The notes beneath the pieces are model-generated. The model saw only the letters and a list, made by a program, of their open reading frames with translations. It made no database searches and was not told the DNA's origin. From an uncultured Bacteroidales bacterium (GTDB lineage Bacteria; Bacteroidota; Bacteroidia; Bacteroidales; Paludibacteraceae): DNA of 64,000 nt. The stretch is from assembly GCA_900319995.1 (NCBI GenBank), contig ONQO01000004.1, positions 531 through 64,530 on the forward strand, given 5' to 3'. The stretch's first letter is position 1, and every line of letters starts with the position of its first letter. Below, piece by piece: positions 1 to 11,400 of the stretch. Made by a program: the position numbers and the translations under genes.

Positions 1-243
1 CGTAGCCTGCATACCGACACCTGCCGCTCCGATGGTATTGGCGATGGTGTTGAGCGACAAAATAGCCGCGAGAGGACGTCCTGTGTCCTCTTTGTAACTG
101 CTCATCAGTTTAGCTGGAGCGTAACCTTCCTCTTCGCGCAGATTAATATAACTGATGGAGGTAGTCATCAGCACCGACTCCAAGACGGAGCAGAGAAAAC
201 TGATGAGCATCGCTCCTAATAAAAACACCAATAAAAGTCCCAT
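1..243 (-). CDS. CNNM/DUF21-family membrane protein (hemolysin-like), 5' part only; continues past the window start
   Basis: Edge ORF absent from the track, read by hand. ATG at 243-241 gives MGLLLVFLLGAMLISFLCSVLESVLMTTSISYINLREEEGYAPAKLMSSYKEDTGRPLAAILSLNTIANTIGAAGVGMQAT, open to nt 1. The pattern is DUF21-like: a TM helix followed by LNTIANT. A consensus promoter lies at 260-291. Confidence 0.5.
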   Translation of the reverse strand, partial: MGLLLVFLLGAMLISFLCSVLESVLMTTSISYINLREEEGYAPAKLMSSYKEDTGRPLAAILSLNTIANTIGAAGVGMQAT

Positions 244-259
244 AATTCAAAAAATCGCA

Positions 260-291
260 CAAAGGTACTGCTTTTTTCTGATATATGCAAA
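260..291 (-). promoter_or_regulatory. Bacteroidota sigma-A promoter (-7 TACCTTTG, -33 TTTG, 20-nt spacer) for the CNNM gene
   Basis: Plus strand shows caaaggta at 260-267 and caaa at 288-291. The reverse complement matches TTTG-N20-TAnnTTTG. Confidence 0.65.
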
Positions 292-319
292 AAAAAACGC
301 CCCGAAGAGCGTTTTTTTT
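289..319 (-). terminator. Rho-independent terminator after the 1750-aa LRR gene
   Basis: Stem aaacgc (295-300) pairs with gcgttt (309-314) around an 8-nt loop. It is flanked by an A-run and a T-run, so it could act in both directions. Confidence 0.6.
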
Positions 320-367
320 ATTTACCATTTGGTCATTTACCATTTGTTCATTTATTTGGTCATTTTA

Positions 368-3300
368 TTATTTAACCATTTTTCCCTGTACGTCGAAGAG
401 ATGTTCTCCGCGAAGGATGAAGAGTTGACCGTTGATGAGCAGTTTTTGGCTATTCGCTTTTGGCTGTTGACCTTGTATTTGGTCAATGTCAGTTCCGGTG
501 TCCGGAATGGTGATTTGGAACTCCTTACCCTGCGCCCAGATGCTGATGGGGTCAGCTTCTCCGTCGAGCGAGCGCACGTACCAGTCGATGGCATAAGTGC
601 CGGGCTTGAGGCCGAATTCTTTCTGGAGTACAGAAAGCAAGTTCGATATTTTGTTCTGCCCGTATGTATTGAAAGTGATCAGTTCCACTTCATCATAGAA
701 GAGGCTCAGTTCATAGGAAGCCGCACCATCGACTTTATCCCAAGCAAGTGTAATAAGTACGTCATCACCCTCTTTCGGTTCAAGCGTTACAGTCAGGTTG
801 TCCGGCGTATAGTCAACCACTTCCTCGTACTGCGCTGTGATAGTGATGTCCTCGATAATATTATCAAACGGTACATCCCATCCGGTGAAGATAAATCCTT
901 CTCGAACCGGATCATCCGGAGCGACTGCCGATTTGCCATAAGCAACGACCTGCTCGGAGATGAGTTTACCGTCGAAATCGACGAATCGAACGGTGAATGT
1001 CTGCGTGTCATAAACCGGTTTGATGGTCAAATCTGCCTTCACATGTTGGAAGTCAGTATCCCAGCAAGAGAATACATGTCCTTCCCAAACGGGTGCATCC
1101 GGAGCAATAGCAGCCTCATTCCAATTTACTTTCTGTACGCTGATTAATTCATCGTCTTGGTTGAGGAACCTCACAGTAAACTGCTTGATTTTGTACTCTG
1201 CGTTGAAGGTAAGTTCCTCTGTGACAGGCAGTTTGTTGACATTCTCATGGGAATATACCTTTTCACCGAGTCTCCATCCGATGAAGTCGTATCCTTCTCT
1301 TACAGGGTCTTCCGGCGCCGTAGCGGATTTGCCGTGTGGAACATATTCTCCACCCAGTTCACTATCATCCCAGTCCACAAAGAGAACGTGGTACTCTTTG
1401 AGCGCGAAAACAGCGGAATATGAAGCGTCTCCCTCAACCAGTACTTTGCGCTCTGCAGCCGCCTCTTCATCATCTTCCCAGCGGACGAAATTGTAGTTTT
1501 CATTCGGCTCAGCGTTGAGGGTAATGAGGCTCCCGTACGTAGCTTTTCCACCACCGGTGATAGTACCACCCTCAGCCGGTTTGGCTGCCGTGGTAATGGT
1601 ATATTCGTTCGCAGCGAACTGAGCAGTTACTTCCAGGTTTTCTTCCACCTTGAGATTCAAGTTTACATCCGTTTTGTACGAACTGCCGTACATCCAAGCG
1701 ACAAAGTGGTAATGGTCGTCTTTGAGGACGAATGAAAGGGTAACATCATCTCCCCAGCCGTAGCGTCCTACTCCGCTCACTTCAGCGACCTTTGAAGGAT
1801 CCGCCATACCATCAATCTTCACATCAATGTTGAAAGAGTCTTTATCGAAGTAAGCAATGTACTCAAAGTCTTTGAGCGCTTTTACGTCACGAACCGACAA
1901 AGTGCTCTGGTCTCCGGCGTTGTCATTCCAACGGAGGAAATTAATATGCTCACCAGCCGGTGTAGCTTCGAGTTTAATAGTTGCCTTCTCGTAAATCTTG
2001 CCGTCTTTAGCCTTGTCCTCATTATCAACCGTCAACTTCACTGTGCCGAGTTTTTCATCATCGGACTTGGCCGTAATGGTATATTTAGCCGCCACCTTCA
2101 TTTCGGGTGTCAAATCCATCGGATTATCTCCCATCGTAAACACGAACGGGTTGTCATAGGTAACGATGTTGAGATCATACTTGTTCTGCCAGTAATCCAA
2201 AATATAACGGTTGTCCTCATTCTTGACTCCGACGATGTTGAGCGTTACCTCTTCGCCATAAGGAATATCCTCCATGAAGTTCTTTCCTTTGTCCACGCCG
2301 TTGAGTTCAATATGGTCAACGAGGTCATAGTTGGGGTCTTCGGGCATCATCTCCACCATGATCGGGTAGGTATTGACGCGCACGTCAGCAAAGAGATTAA
2401 TAGAGGTAGAAGGCGCCGGAATCTGCTGTGAATATGAATAATTGCTGTCATCGTTTTTGAGCCAAGCGAAGAATCCATAGTGTGCCGGATCAAGAAGTTC
2501 CACTTTGATTTCCATCAGTTTAGACAGGGCGCAGTCATTGAAGAACGCCTGTGACTGCTCTACCCATTCGTCGGAATCCTCAAACTTCATGAGGAATTTT
2601 ACTTTGTCAGCCAACGCAGGGTTTTTGAGCGCGAGATTGACTTCTTTGGTCGTTTCTTTGACGTAGATACGAATGACGGTATCGCTTGTAAGCGTCATGG
2701 TCGTACCAGCCATTGCATCGGTGGTTCCATCGGGCCAGTGGTCGAATTCAATTCCGTTGCAGACACTCGGGATGTCGTAGGTAATCACAGCCTTGTTGTC
2801 ACATCCGATGAATCCCTCATGACTGATATGCCTACCGTTGAGCGAGATATTGTCGGCATAGACCTCTATCGGACGTTTTGTTTTCTCGCCGACTATTTCA
2901 AAAGAGTACTTGAAATTGGTAATACCGTCCCAGTTGTTGGCATCAATATCCTTCCATCCGTTCGCTGCTTTGTATGCTTCTACGTCATCGCAAGACCCCG
3001 CATAAAAGCGGTCAATCTTTCCTCCGGAAACAGCGAAAGCATTGTCTCCCGCGGCGGGGATATTGTCTTTGCCGTACCGGGTAGTGATAGTCATATAAGA
3101 ACCGCCCTCCGTTTGAGCGAACGCAGATTCGCCGATTTCCAGTCCTTCTCCCTCCTCAAAGCGGATACTTTCCGCTTTGTTATTCTTGAATGCGTTATTG
3201 CCGATTTTCTTGACCGAAGCAGGAATGACGAGTGTATTTTTGTTGGCAGAGCTGGTAAGCGTAGCGTTTTCAAAGGCGCTCTCCGCAATTTCCTCAATAC

Positions 3301-5620
3301 CCGTGAGGTCGATATTGTCGATTTTGTGATTTTTGAATGTCGGTACGTCTGTTTCACCTACTTTCTTTACACCGTCCCGGAAAGACAGATTATTGATTTG
3401 GGCGTACTGGAACGGACTCACAATCTGGTTTCCCCATATCAAATTACGGATAACAGCGTCTTCGAATACATATTCATCAAAAGATTTAATATTATCTAAA
3501 TCAATACTTGTGATCGTAGCAAAGGAGAACAAATATTTGCCGGACAAATCCAAACTATTCGCGAAAAAGAGATCGAACGTCATTCCGGCAAAAGGAGCAT
3601 TAGCCTTGTTGGTCAAGTCTTCCATCACCGAAGAGTTGAAGTGAACGGTCTTAATCTGGTCTTTTACCGCGGCGAAAGCGTCCTTATCAATATTCTTCAC
3701 CGCCGGAGAAATTACTATATCGGTGTACAATGGGCAGTCAACGATGATATTATTATAGATTACTTCGATATATCCGAAGTCAACCTCTTTCAATTTCGGA
3801 CAGTTCTGGAATGTTTGTGGTTGCAGGAACTTGAAGTCCTTGTTCACAAATCTTACTTTCTCGAGATTCGGCATATCATAGAAAGCTTGTCCGATATGTG
3901 TTGCGTCTGCATCGAACTCCTTGATTGCCGTACGCTCGAAGCATTGATCCTGTAAAAATTCGAGGTTCGCCGCCAATTTGATGTCGTCGAGTTTCTCGCA
4001 CATACTGAACAATCCGGTTCTAATGAATTTCACGTTGGAAGCGGAGAAGTCCACTTTCTTCAAATCTTTGCAATTATGGAAAGTCCACATTCCCACATTC
4101 GTCAAATTCTCTCCTGCGTTAAACTCAGTCAGTCCGCTATTTTCAAAGGCGTACGCATTAATAGATTCGAGGGAAGCAGGCAGTTCTACCGTCTTCAAAG
4201 CACTTTGCTTAAACACAGAAGAATAGAGCGAGTTATCTTCCAGTGAAGAGAGGATCCGTGCAGACTGTAGTTTCTGCGTGTTCAAAAACGCCTCTTCGTC
4301 AATTAACAAATCATCCTCCTTGCCATTCGGATTCACGTATTGGGGAATAACGAGTTCGTCGATTTTGGTGCCCTCAAAGGCATTTGGTCCGATGGAAGCA
4401 GTCCTGTTATTGAGGGTGAGTTTTTCCAACCCGCTATACTGAAAAGCCTGTTGTGCAAACAATACTCTGTCCTCGCAGTTTACCGAAGCGAGGTCGAGGT
4501 TTTTGAAAAATGAGGTATTCGCAAACGCCTGCTTTCCGAAAGAAATAGAGAAGGGGTATGCGACGCTCCGTATGAATTTTTTGGGCAGAGTAATAGACTT
4601 GATACCCGAGTTATAGAAACACTTATCTCCGAAACTAATTGCTTCGAAATCTTTATCTGCCTCTTCAATAACCACGTCAAACTGCGAACCTACGCCCGCG
4701 AAGAGATTATTCGGAGCAATAATCACATAATTGGTTACAGGTCTCGGAACAATGGTTACCTTTTTAATCGGGCATCCGGTAAATGGCGATGAACTAACCG
4801 ACAAATTATTACATTTGTCAAGTGTTACATCTTCTATACTTGTGTTTGCAAACGCATCGTCACCGATAGAGCCCAAATCTTGCGAAAGAGTGAAAGACTT
4901 AAGTTCGACGTTTCCCTGGAATGCTCTCGCCCCGATAGAAAAAACAGTAGAGGGAAGAGTAAACGATTGGAGGGCAGAATGCCATGTGTTTTCCTCCATG
5001 TATCCCATGCCACCTCCCATTGATTTCTCGCAGACAGCGCGGAAGGCCTCATCACCGATCGTGGTCAGCCCGTCCCCTGCAAAGGTTATTTTCTCCAGAT
5101 TGATGTGTCCCTTGAAGGCTTGCGAACCGATATACTCAATGGAAGCCGGGAAATTGACCTCTTTCAAAACAGTAGCATCCGTCATTAGATAGGAATCCAT
5201 CATATCCGACATGATATCTGCTTCGCACCGATAGAACTCATCCGGTACACGTGTTATTCCCTCTTGGAAAGTAATCGTCTCTACCGTCTGGTTTGCCTGA
5301 TAGTCAAAGAAGTTACTACCTATTTCGTAAGAGAAATCGTCCTCAAGGTCATCTCCTCCGTAATACTTGTTGTAACTCTCGAATTTAGCGTGTACCTTGG
5401 CGGGGAAGACAAGGTCTTTTACCTCCGGTTTGGAGTAATCGGCGATGTACGCCAACGTAATCTTGGTTGTTTCATCGTCAAAATAATCACATTTGACGTT
5501 AAATAGTCCCGAGTCATCAACCGCCCAGGTGGTGACCAACACTGTCGGGTCTGCCATAGCGATTCGGATATTCACCATCGCCAGCAGGAGTACACATAAT
5601 GTAAGAAATCTTTTTCTCAT
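368..5620 (-). CDS. Large cell-surface protein: signal peptide, BspA-type leucine-rich repeats (LRR_5), Listeria-Bacteroides (InlB B-type) repeats, Fn3-like module, conserved C-terminal tail
   Basis: 1750-aa ORF. Signal peptide MRKRFLTLCVLLLAMV. There are many LRR_5-like units (IGxxAFxxC/T...L..I.LP). Flg_new-type repeats include YHVLFVDWDDSELGGEYVPHGKSATAPEDPVREGYDFIGW and FTVRFVDFDGKLISEQVVAYGKSAVAPDDPVREGFIFTGWD. The tail reads KLLINGQLFILRGEHLFDVQGKMVK. Confidence 0.85.
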   Translation of the reverse strand: MRKRFLTLCVLLLAMVNIRIAMADPTVLVTTWAVDDSGLFNVKCDYFDDETTKITLAYIADYSKPEVKDLVFPAKVHAKFESYNKYYGGDDLEDDFSYEIGSNFFDYQANQTVETITFQEGITRVPDEFYRCEADIMSDMMDSYLMTDATVLKEVNFPASIEYIGSQAFKGHINLEKITFAGDGLTTIGDEAFRAVCEKSMGGGMGYMEENTWHSALQSFTLPSTVFSIGARAFQGNVELKSFTLSQDLGSIGDDAFANTSIEDVTLDKCNNLSVSSSPFTGCPIKKVTIVPRPVTNYVIIAPNNLFAGVGSQFDVVIEEADKDFEAISFGDKCFYNSGIKSITLPKKFIRSVAYPFSISFGKQAFANTSFFKNLDLASVNCEDRVLFAQQAFQYSGLEKLTLNNRTASIGPNAFEGTKIDELVIPQYVNPNGKEDDLLIDEEAFLNTQKLQSARILSSLEDNSLYSSVFKQSALKTVELPASLESINAYAFENSGLTEFNAGENLTNVGMWTFHNCKDLKKVDFSASNVKFIRTGLFSMCEKLDDIKLAANLEFLQDQCFERTAIKEFDADATHIGQAFYDMPNLEKVRFVNKDFKFLQPQTFQNCPKLKEVDFGYIEVIYNNIIVDCPLYTDIVISPAVKNIDKDAFAAVKDQIKTVHFNSSVMEDLTNKANAPFAGMTFDLFFANSLDLSGKYLFSFATITSIDLDNIKSFDEYVFEDAVIRNLIWGNQIVSPFQYAQINNLSFRDGVKKVGETDVPTFKNHKIDNIDLTGIEEIAESAFENATLTSSANKNTLVIPASVKKIGNNAFKNNKAESIRFEEGEGLEIGESAFAQTEGGSYMTITTRYGKDNIPAAGDNAFAVSGGKIDRFYAGSCDDVEAYKAANGWKDIDANNWDGITNFKYSFEIVGEKTKRPIEVYADNISLNGRHISHEGFIGCDNKAVITYDIPSVCNGIEFDHWPDGTTDAMAGTTMTLTSDTVIRIYVKETTKEVNLALKNPALADKVKFLMKFEDSDEWVEQSQAFFNDCALSKLMEIKVELLDPAHYGFFAWLKNDDSNYSYSQQIPAPSTSINLFADVRVNTYPIMVEMMPEDPNYDLVDHIELNGVDKGKNFMEDIPYGEEVTLNIVGVKNEDNRYILDYWQNKYDLNIVTYDNPFVFTMGDNPMDLTPEMKVAAKYTITAKSDDEKLGTVKLTVDNEDKAKDGKIYEKATIKLEATPAGEHINFLRWNDNAGDQSTLSVRDVKALKDFEYIAYFDKDSFNIDVKIDGMADPSKVAEVSGVGRYGWGDDVTLSFVLKDDHYHFVAWMYGSSYKTDVNLNLKVEENLEVTAQFAANEYTITTAAKPAEGGTITGGGKATYGSLITLNAEPNENYNFVRWEDDEEAAAERKVLVEGDASYSAVFALKEYHVLFVDWDDSELGGEYVPHGKSATAPEDPVREGYDFIGWRLGEKVYSHENVNKLPVTEELTFNAEYKIKQFTVRFLNQDDELISVQKVNWNEAAIAPDAPVWEGHVFSCWDTDFQHVKADLTIKPVYDTQTFTVRFVDFDGKLISEQVVAYGKSAVAPDDPVREGFIFTGWDVPFDNIIEDITITAQYEEVVDYTPDNLTVTLEPKEGDDVLITLAWDKVDGAASYELSLFYDEVELITFNTYGQNKISNLLSVLQKEFGLKPGTYAIDWYVRSLDGEADPISIWAQGKEFQITIPDTGTDIDQIQGQQPKANSQKLLINGQLFILRGEHLFDVQGKMVK

Positions 5621-5692
5621 AACATTATCAATTTGGGTTAATACTATATTGATTTATTTATTCGCACAAGAGACAAATATACAAACCCGGCG

Positions 5693-5724
5693 CAAAGATA
5701 CTACATTTTTTTCATATATCCAAA
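5693..5724 (-). promoter_or_regulatory. Promoter for the 1750-aa LRR gene (-7 TATCTTTG, -33 TTTG)
   Basis: caaagata at 5693-5700 and caaa at 5721-5724, with a 20-nt spacer. Confidence 0.6.
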
Positions 5725-5751
5725 AAAAAACGCCCATTTGGACGTTTTTTT
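5722..5751 (-). terminator. Rho-independent terminator after pckA
   Basis: aaacgccc-attt-ggacgttt hairpin (5728-5747, one mismatch) between an A-run and a T-run, 40 nt past the pckA stop. Confidence 0.6.
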
Positions 5752-5790
5752 ACTTATTTTAGCTATCTAATGTTCGCAAATAACTCTTTT

Positions 5791-7395
5791 TTAGAGTTGC
5801 GGACCTGCAGCAACGAGTGCTTTGCCTGCTTCGTTCGACGTATATTTGTCGAAGTTCTTGATAAAGCGAGCAGCGAGGTCTTTTGCTTTCTCTTCCCACT
5901 GAGCAGCGTCAGCGTAGGTGTCACGCGGATCAAGGATAGCAGGATCAACGCCCGGCAGAGCGGTCGGTACTTCGAAGTTGAAGTACGGGATCTTCTTCGT
6001 CGGAGCGGTGAGGATATCGCCACCGAGGATAGCGTCGATGATACCACGGGTATCGCGGATCGAGATACGTTTACCGGTACCGTTCCAGCCGGTGTTCACG
6101 AGGTAAGCCTTCGCACCGGATTTCTCCATCTTCTTAACGAGCTCCTCTGCGTATTTAGTCGGATGGAGCTCCAAGAATGCCTGTCCGAAACAAGCAGAGA
6201 AGGTCGGAGTCGGCTCTGTGATACCACGCTCGGTACCTGCGAGTTTAGCGGTGAAGCCGCTCAGGAAGTAGTACTTGGTCTGCTCCGGAGTGAGGATAGA
6301 AACAGGAGGCAGCACGCCGAAAGCGTCAGCACTCAGGAAGATCACGTTCTTTGCTGCAGGACCTGCAGAGATTGGTTTAACGATCTTCTCAATGTGGTTG
6401 ATCGGATAGGAAACACGGGTGTTCTCTGTAACGCTCTTGTCCGCGAAATCGATCTTGCCGTTCTCGTCCACGGTAACGTTCTCAAGGAGTGCGTTACGAC
6501 GGATAGCAGCGTAGATGTCCGGCTCGGACTCTTTGTCCAGGTTGATTACTTTTGCATAGCAACCACCCTCGAAGTTAAACACGCCCTGATCGTCCCATCC
6601 GTGCTCGTCATCACCGATGAGGAGACGTTTCGGGTCGGTGGAGAGAGTGGTCTTACCGGTACCGGAGAGACCGAAGAAGATAGCGGTGTTCTTGCCCTCC
6701 ATATCGGTGTTAGCAGAGCAGTGCATGGATGCGATGCCTTTCAGCGGCAGGTAGTAGTTCATCATGGAGAACATACCTTTCTTCATCTCACCGCCATACC
6801 AGGTGTTGAGGATAACCTGCTCACGGCTGGTGGTATTGAATGCTACACAAGTCTCGCTGTTCAGACCCAGCTCTTTGTAGTTCTCCACTTTTGCGAGCGA
6901 AGCGTTGTAGATGACGAAATCCGGCTCGAAGTTAGCGAGTTCTTCTTCGGAAGGCTGGATGAACATGTTCTTCACAAAGTGTGCCTGCCAAGCTACCTCT
7001 ACGATGAAGCGAACAGCCATACGGGTGTCTTTGTTAGCACCGCAGAAAGCATCTACTACATAGAGGTTCTTGCCGCTCAGCTCTTTGATAGCCAGCTCTT
7101 TCACTTTTGCCCATACGTCCTCAGACATGGGGTGGTTGTCATTCTTGTAGCCCTCGGATGTCCACCAAACGGTGTTTTTCGAGTTCTCGTCCATCACGAT
7201 GTATTTGTCCTTCGGCGAACGTCCGGTATAGATACCGGTCATTACGTTTACCGCGTTGAGTTCGGTGTTCTGACCTTTAGCATAACCGGTCAACTCGGGC
7301 TTGGTCTCCTCAGCGAACAGATACTCGTAAGAAGGGTTGTGGGCGATAACAGTTGCGCCCTGAATACCATACTTGGTAAGATCTAATTGTTTCAT
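5791..7395 (-). CDS. pckA: Phosphoenolpyruvate carboxykinase (ATP)
   Basis: 534 aa. Contains [11 protein letters not shown] (kinase-1a), [14 protein letters not shown] and [14 protein letters not shown], with full-length PckA-type collinearity. Confidence 0.97.
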   Translation of the reverse strand: MKQLDLTKYGIQGATVIAHNPSYEYLFAEETKPELTGYAKGQNTELNAVNVMTGIYTGRSPKDKYIVMDENSKNTVWWTSEGYKNDNHPMSEDVWAKVKELAIKELSGKNLYVVDAFCGANKDTRMAVRFIVEVAWQAHFVKNMFIQPSEEELANFEPDFVIYNASLAKVENYKELGLNSETCVAFNTTSREQVILNTWYGGEMKKGMFSMMNYYLPLKGIASMHCSANTDMEGKNTAIFFGLSGTGKTTLSTDPKRLLIGDDEHGWDDQGVFNFEGGCYAKVINLDKESEPDIYAAIRRNALLENVTVDENGKIDFADKSVTENTRVSYPINHIEKIVKPISAGPAAKNVIFLSADAFGVLPPVSILTPEQTKYYFLSGFTAKLAGTERGITEPTPTFSACFGQAFLELHPTKYAEELVKKMEKSGAKAYLVNTGWNGTGKRISIRDTRGIIDAILGGDILTAPTKKIPYFNFEVPTALPGVDPAILDPRDTYADAAQWEEKAKDLAARFIKNFDKYTSNEAGKALVAAGPQL

Positions 7396-7478
7396 TTTGA
7401 TTATTTAGTTTGATGTTGTTTGATATGTTTGAAGTCGCTTACGCGACGTATGAAATGGTCGGCATACTTAATCGGGTA

Positions 7479-7510
7479 CAAAATTACTGCTTTTTTTGCA
7501 AATGTGCAAA
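7479..7510 (-). promoter_or_regulatory. pckA promoter (-7 TAATTTTG, -33 TTTG)
   Basis: caaaatta at 7479-7486 and caaa at 7507-7510, with a 20-nt spacer. Confidence 0.6.
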
Positions 7511-7567
7511 TATTGCAGGGATTTTTTAAAAAATTTCTTCAAATTGGCATTTCAGCCTGTCAAATCC

Positions 7568-8494
7568 CTACTCACAGTTACATTTGCGTCCTTTGTTGGT
7601 CATGAATGTTCTGCGGACGGGCATGCCTTTGAACTCATCCGAACTGGTGGGGAAGAGTACTGTTAGTCGTATTCCGCAGACAAACATATGGGGTTTGGCG
7701 TTTGCTCCTTCGCGGGCGGCATACATATGTGTCATATCCACATTCATGTACTGTGAATAATCCGGCATTGTACGGGACATGTCCGTTGTTTTGTCAACCA
7801 TCGTCATTAGTCCGTATTCGCCAAAGAGGCCTACCCTCATCATCGGAGGTGTAGCTCTCCTATTGGACGACAAGGCGAACGAATAGCCCAATTCCCCACC
7901 GACGCGCACATCATATTTACGAAGCTGAATCGATTTGGAGGTTTGTGTAGGTACATAGTCATGATAGCCGTGGTTCGGCATATCTTCCAACCACTCGTAA
8001 TATCGGTCAATATAGTCCCCGACGGTCATTAGTTGTGCCTTCTGTTTGCTGGTGGCATGCACATTCAACACGGCTTTTGCCCCCACCATGAAATACACTC
8101 CGCTCCATTCTCCTCCCACATAGAAAGGCACAGACGCCTGTCCTACTATGATACGGTCCGTACGTTTGTCAAGCGTTCCGCGATAAAGGAAAGCGATTCC
8201 GCGGGTATCAATCATGTCCTGCTCTATATGCTGACTATCCACACGGAGTGTCGGAAAATCTATCACATAATGCAGCCCCGTTTGGAGGAAGAAATGTTTC
8301 TTTCGCCATTCGTACACAAAGCCTATGTCTCCGCCGTAAGCGGGTTGCATATGGGTGAGAGGCTCTTTATCAAAGGTCAGCGGAACATCTCCCGACACAG
8401 AAAAGCCCACATAACTCTGAGCCCGGAGCGATGCGTTCATGCAGCCAAGGGCTACAAACATCAGAAACGTAAAGATGTGGTGTATTTTTCTCAT
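7568..8494 (-). CDS. Putative outer-membrane beta-barrel protein, translationally coupled to the upstream T9SS cargo gene
   Basis: 308 aa. Signal peptide MRKIHHIFTFLMFVALGCMNASLRAQS, then alternating-hydrophobic strands rich in G/Y/F (GFVYEW, FLQTGLHY, FYVGGEW, VGGELGYSF, VGLFGEYG). The start overlaps the upstream stop as ATGA (8491-8494). The family is not identifiable by eye. Confidence 0.55.
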   Translation of the reverse strand: MRKIHHIFTFLMFVALGCMNASLRAQSYVGFSVSGDVPLTFDKEPLTHMQPAYGGDIGFVYEWRKKHFFLQTGLHYVIDFPTLRVDSQHIEQDMIDTRGIAFLYRGTLDKRTDRIIVGQASVPFYVGGEWSGVYFMVGAKAVLNVHATSKQKAQLMTVGDYIDRYYEWLEDMPNHGYHDYVPTQTSKSIQLRKYDVRVGGELGYSFALSSNRRATPPMMRVGLFGEYGLMTMVDKTTDMSRTMPDYSQYMNVDMTHMYAAREGANAKPHMFVCGIRLTVLFPTSSDEFKGMPVRRTFMTNKGRKCNCE

Positions 8495-11400
8495 TGTATT
8501 ATCAGCTTGTAAGATTTCATTTTATCTGTACTTTTCTGTCTTACCAAAACGGTGTACATTCCAGCCGCAAAGGGTGCCTCAAAGACATTGTCGCCGGATG
8601 TCATTATGGAATGCAACACTTGTCTTCCCATCGCATCATAAAGCGTTATTTCCCCGGGTTGGGACATATAACAATGTATTTGCTGGCGAGGCGCAGCAAC
8701 CGTTGGATAGAGGGTTAATTCTATTTTCTTTTCCGCTATAAGGGGGCATGTCATAAGTTGCGTACCATCTTTCTCGGTGAGCAGTACGCTGTATTCACCG
8801 CCCGTTATCAGTGGTTTGTATAGGTACGAACGTGTTTCTCCGGAAAGTGCTTCGCCATTCTCATACCATTGGAACGCCGTAAAATCATAGCCGCCGTTAT
8901 AGTCATGCGTGAGCACGGCGATGACATCATCCCAAGCCTGCTCCATGACGGTTGATGGATAGAGAATAGTCAGTTCTATATTGGCTGCCGCTCCCATTTG
9001 TCCTCGGAAAAGCAGTTCCAGTGAGCCTGTATAATGCCCCGCCTTCCCGGGACTATGCAGTCTCACTCCCCCATCCTCTCCGATTGTTACCGTCGTATCG
9101 CGCAATCGTTGGTCTTGGTCGCGAAGGGTTATACGCGCCTCATGCGCTGCACCGGTATAATGAAGCACTATATCCAGAAACTCATCACCGGCACATTGCT
9201 CGCCTGACTCCACAGACAGTATATTCAACTGATTGGTAGCCAAATGTAAAATAACCGTGCTGTCGCAGTCGTGGACGGTGGTTTTGGTTATCTTGTAATC
9301 TCCTGACGCCTCGTAGGTGTTTCCATCGAAGGTATATTTGCCGCCCACGAGAATCGTATCGTATATATCTGTAGTTTGCGCCGGCCAGACAGTTAGACGC
9401 AATGTTACCACACTATCGCAGCCATCTACGGTCGTCAAGGTCTTCGGGTAATCTCCCGCCTCGGTATATGTATCTCCCTCCCAGGTAGAAGATTTTCCTT
9501 CGCATATCTCACGCTCTTCGATAATATCTTCATAATGCGGATAATACTTTAGATGCAGCGTGACTATACTATCTCCATTCTCAATAGGGAAAGTATGCTC
9601 ATAGTCTTTCTCTTCGGAGAACGTACCTACATTCTCCCATGTATATTCGCCGTTGGGGCATATATATTCCGTGAACTCATTCCGTTTGATTATTCGGTCC
9701 GAGATATGCAACGTCAGGCGGCGGGTACTGTCACAATTCTGCGAGGAGGTGGTTGTAAACATGTCGGTATAGTCTCCCGCCGGATAAGAGGAATAATCCA
9801 CCCCGTTCCAAGTAAAACTCTCTCCAATATAAATCGTGTGCTCCTCGGGAATGTCATAGACGGGATTGACCTTAAGATGCAAGATATAGACACTATCCAC
9901 GAAACTCTTTTCCTCGTAGTCCCGTACCAACCGCACCGTATTGCCGCTATAGCGACGGTACTGGTTCATCTTGTATTTGGGATTGGTTCCGCTGAACGAT
10001 GCGTTTGTGCCGAACTTAAATTCCCAAGCGTCCTTGTTATTAAGCACAGTGGTAGTCCAGTAATAGCCTTCCGACCCTGCCTGTTTGATAACGGCTTGAT
10101 CTCGCCATCCGCCGGCGGGAAGGAAAATAGCGCCTTCCGCTTCCATGAGCGCCCATTGGTGGATATCATATTTGTTGGTGGTATAACTATCCGCGTTGGG
10201 TGTGAAGGAGGTCCCTGCCGGTTGCTGCCAATCGTCAGGAAGGAAAACAAAACCGTGTATTCCGTTCACGGACGCCACACTGCGGAGGTTGGCGGCGTTG
10301 GTACGGCTTTCCAGCAAATAGTCCCATTCTTCATAACTCATGCACCGCCACGTGCCTGCCGGATCGGAGCCGATGGTGTTATACAGACCCCAGTCGAAAT
10401 TGGTGCCTGCGATGTCATTCACTCCGTCTCCGTAAAGGGTGTTATCATTGTCAGTGATGTATGGTTTGCTCTTATTATAACCGCTGGTACCCCATCCGAA
10501 CAGATCCATCCAGCCCTCATATGTTTCCGCCATGTTTTTGTTGTCCTCTCCCACGAAGTCCCATTGGTTTTGTGCAAACCGCCAAGTGTTGGTAGAAGCC
10601 TGATACTGAAGGTTGGCAGGCGCGAAGACTACTTGTGTACCGTTGGCATCAATGGAGAACTTGCGTTTAGAGGCGACATCGTTTTTGTAGAACTCATAAT
10701 CGCCTGTTTTGTCGTATAGCGTGCCGAACCAGTTGTAGCTCTCCCCCTCACAGATGGCGCGTGTACTATCCCGCCTGATGATTGTTTTCTCTGCTACGGT
10801 GAGCGTCAGTATCACCGTACTGTCACACCCGTCTGCCGAAGTGAGGTAATGTGTATAGGTGTAAACGCCGGGCACAGAGGTGTCTATCGTTTCATCGCCC
10901 CAAACGTAAGGTTCATTCTTCGCCACCATGTCGGTTATCGGTTTGTTGTAAGTGGGCTTGACGGTGAGGTCGAGGTTGACTGTTGTATCGCAGTCGATGC
11001 CGATTATCTCAACCGTTGTTTTTGTGGAGATATAGAAAGACTGTCCACCAATAATGAAAGGTGCCTCGTTGTTACATATTTTAACGACACTGTCTTTCGT
11101 CAGATGACACTCTATCGGTTCGTCCGGTTTTACCATGAGCCTCAGCACTTCTATACTGTCACAGCCGTTGGTTTTGGAGACAAAACCTTTGGTATAGACC
11201 CCTTCCTGATTGAATGTCTCGCCTTGCCACGGATATTCCTCTCCGGGTTTGATGGTAGCGTCTGTGGTGTTCGTAAATGCTTCTTTGTATGTCAAGTTGA
11301 GCGTGACCACGGAGTCGCAGCCGTTGGATGCGTCAAGGTGTACGGTATGTGTGCCTTCCTCGCTAAACCGTTCTTCCCCCACGCAGTAATAGTCTCCTTT

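Noticed and set aside
155-1147. 330-aa plus-strand ORF
   Set aside because: It runs across the promoter and terminator region, then antisense into the LRR protein gene. Its N-terminus is low-complexity sequence derived from A/T runs.
5770-7386. 538-aa plus-strand ORF
   Set aside because: It is exactly antisense to pckA, whose product is unmistakable. The translated sequence is low-information and Arg/Val/Leu-rich, which is typical of a shadow ORF opposite a highly expressed, codon-biased gene.
7568-8494. Calling the 308-aa barrel protein PorP/SprF (the T9SS type-B cargo partner)
   Set aside because: The position next to a T9SS cargo gene is suggestive. However, the neighbouring CTD looks like type A, and I cannot recognise PorP/SprF signature motifs by eye. 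I kept the call generic.
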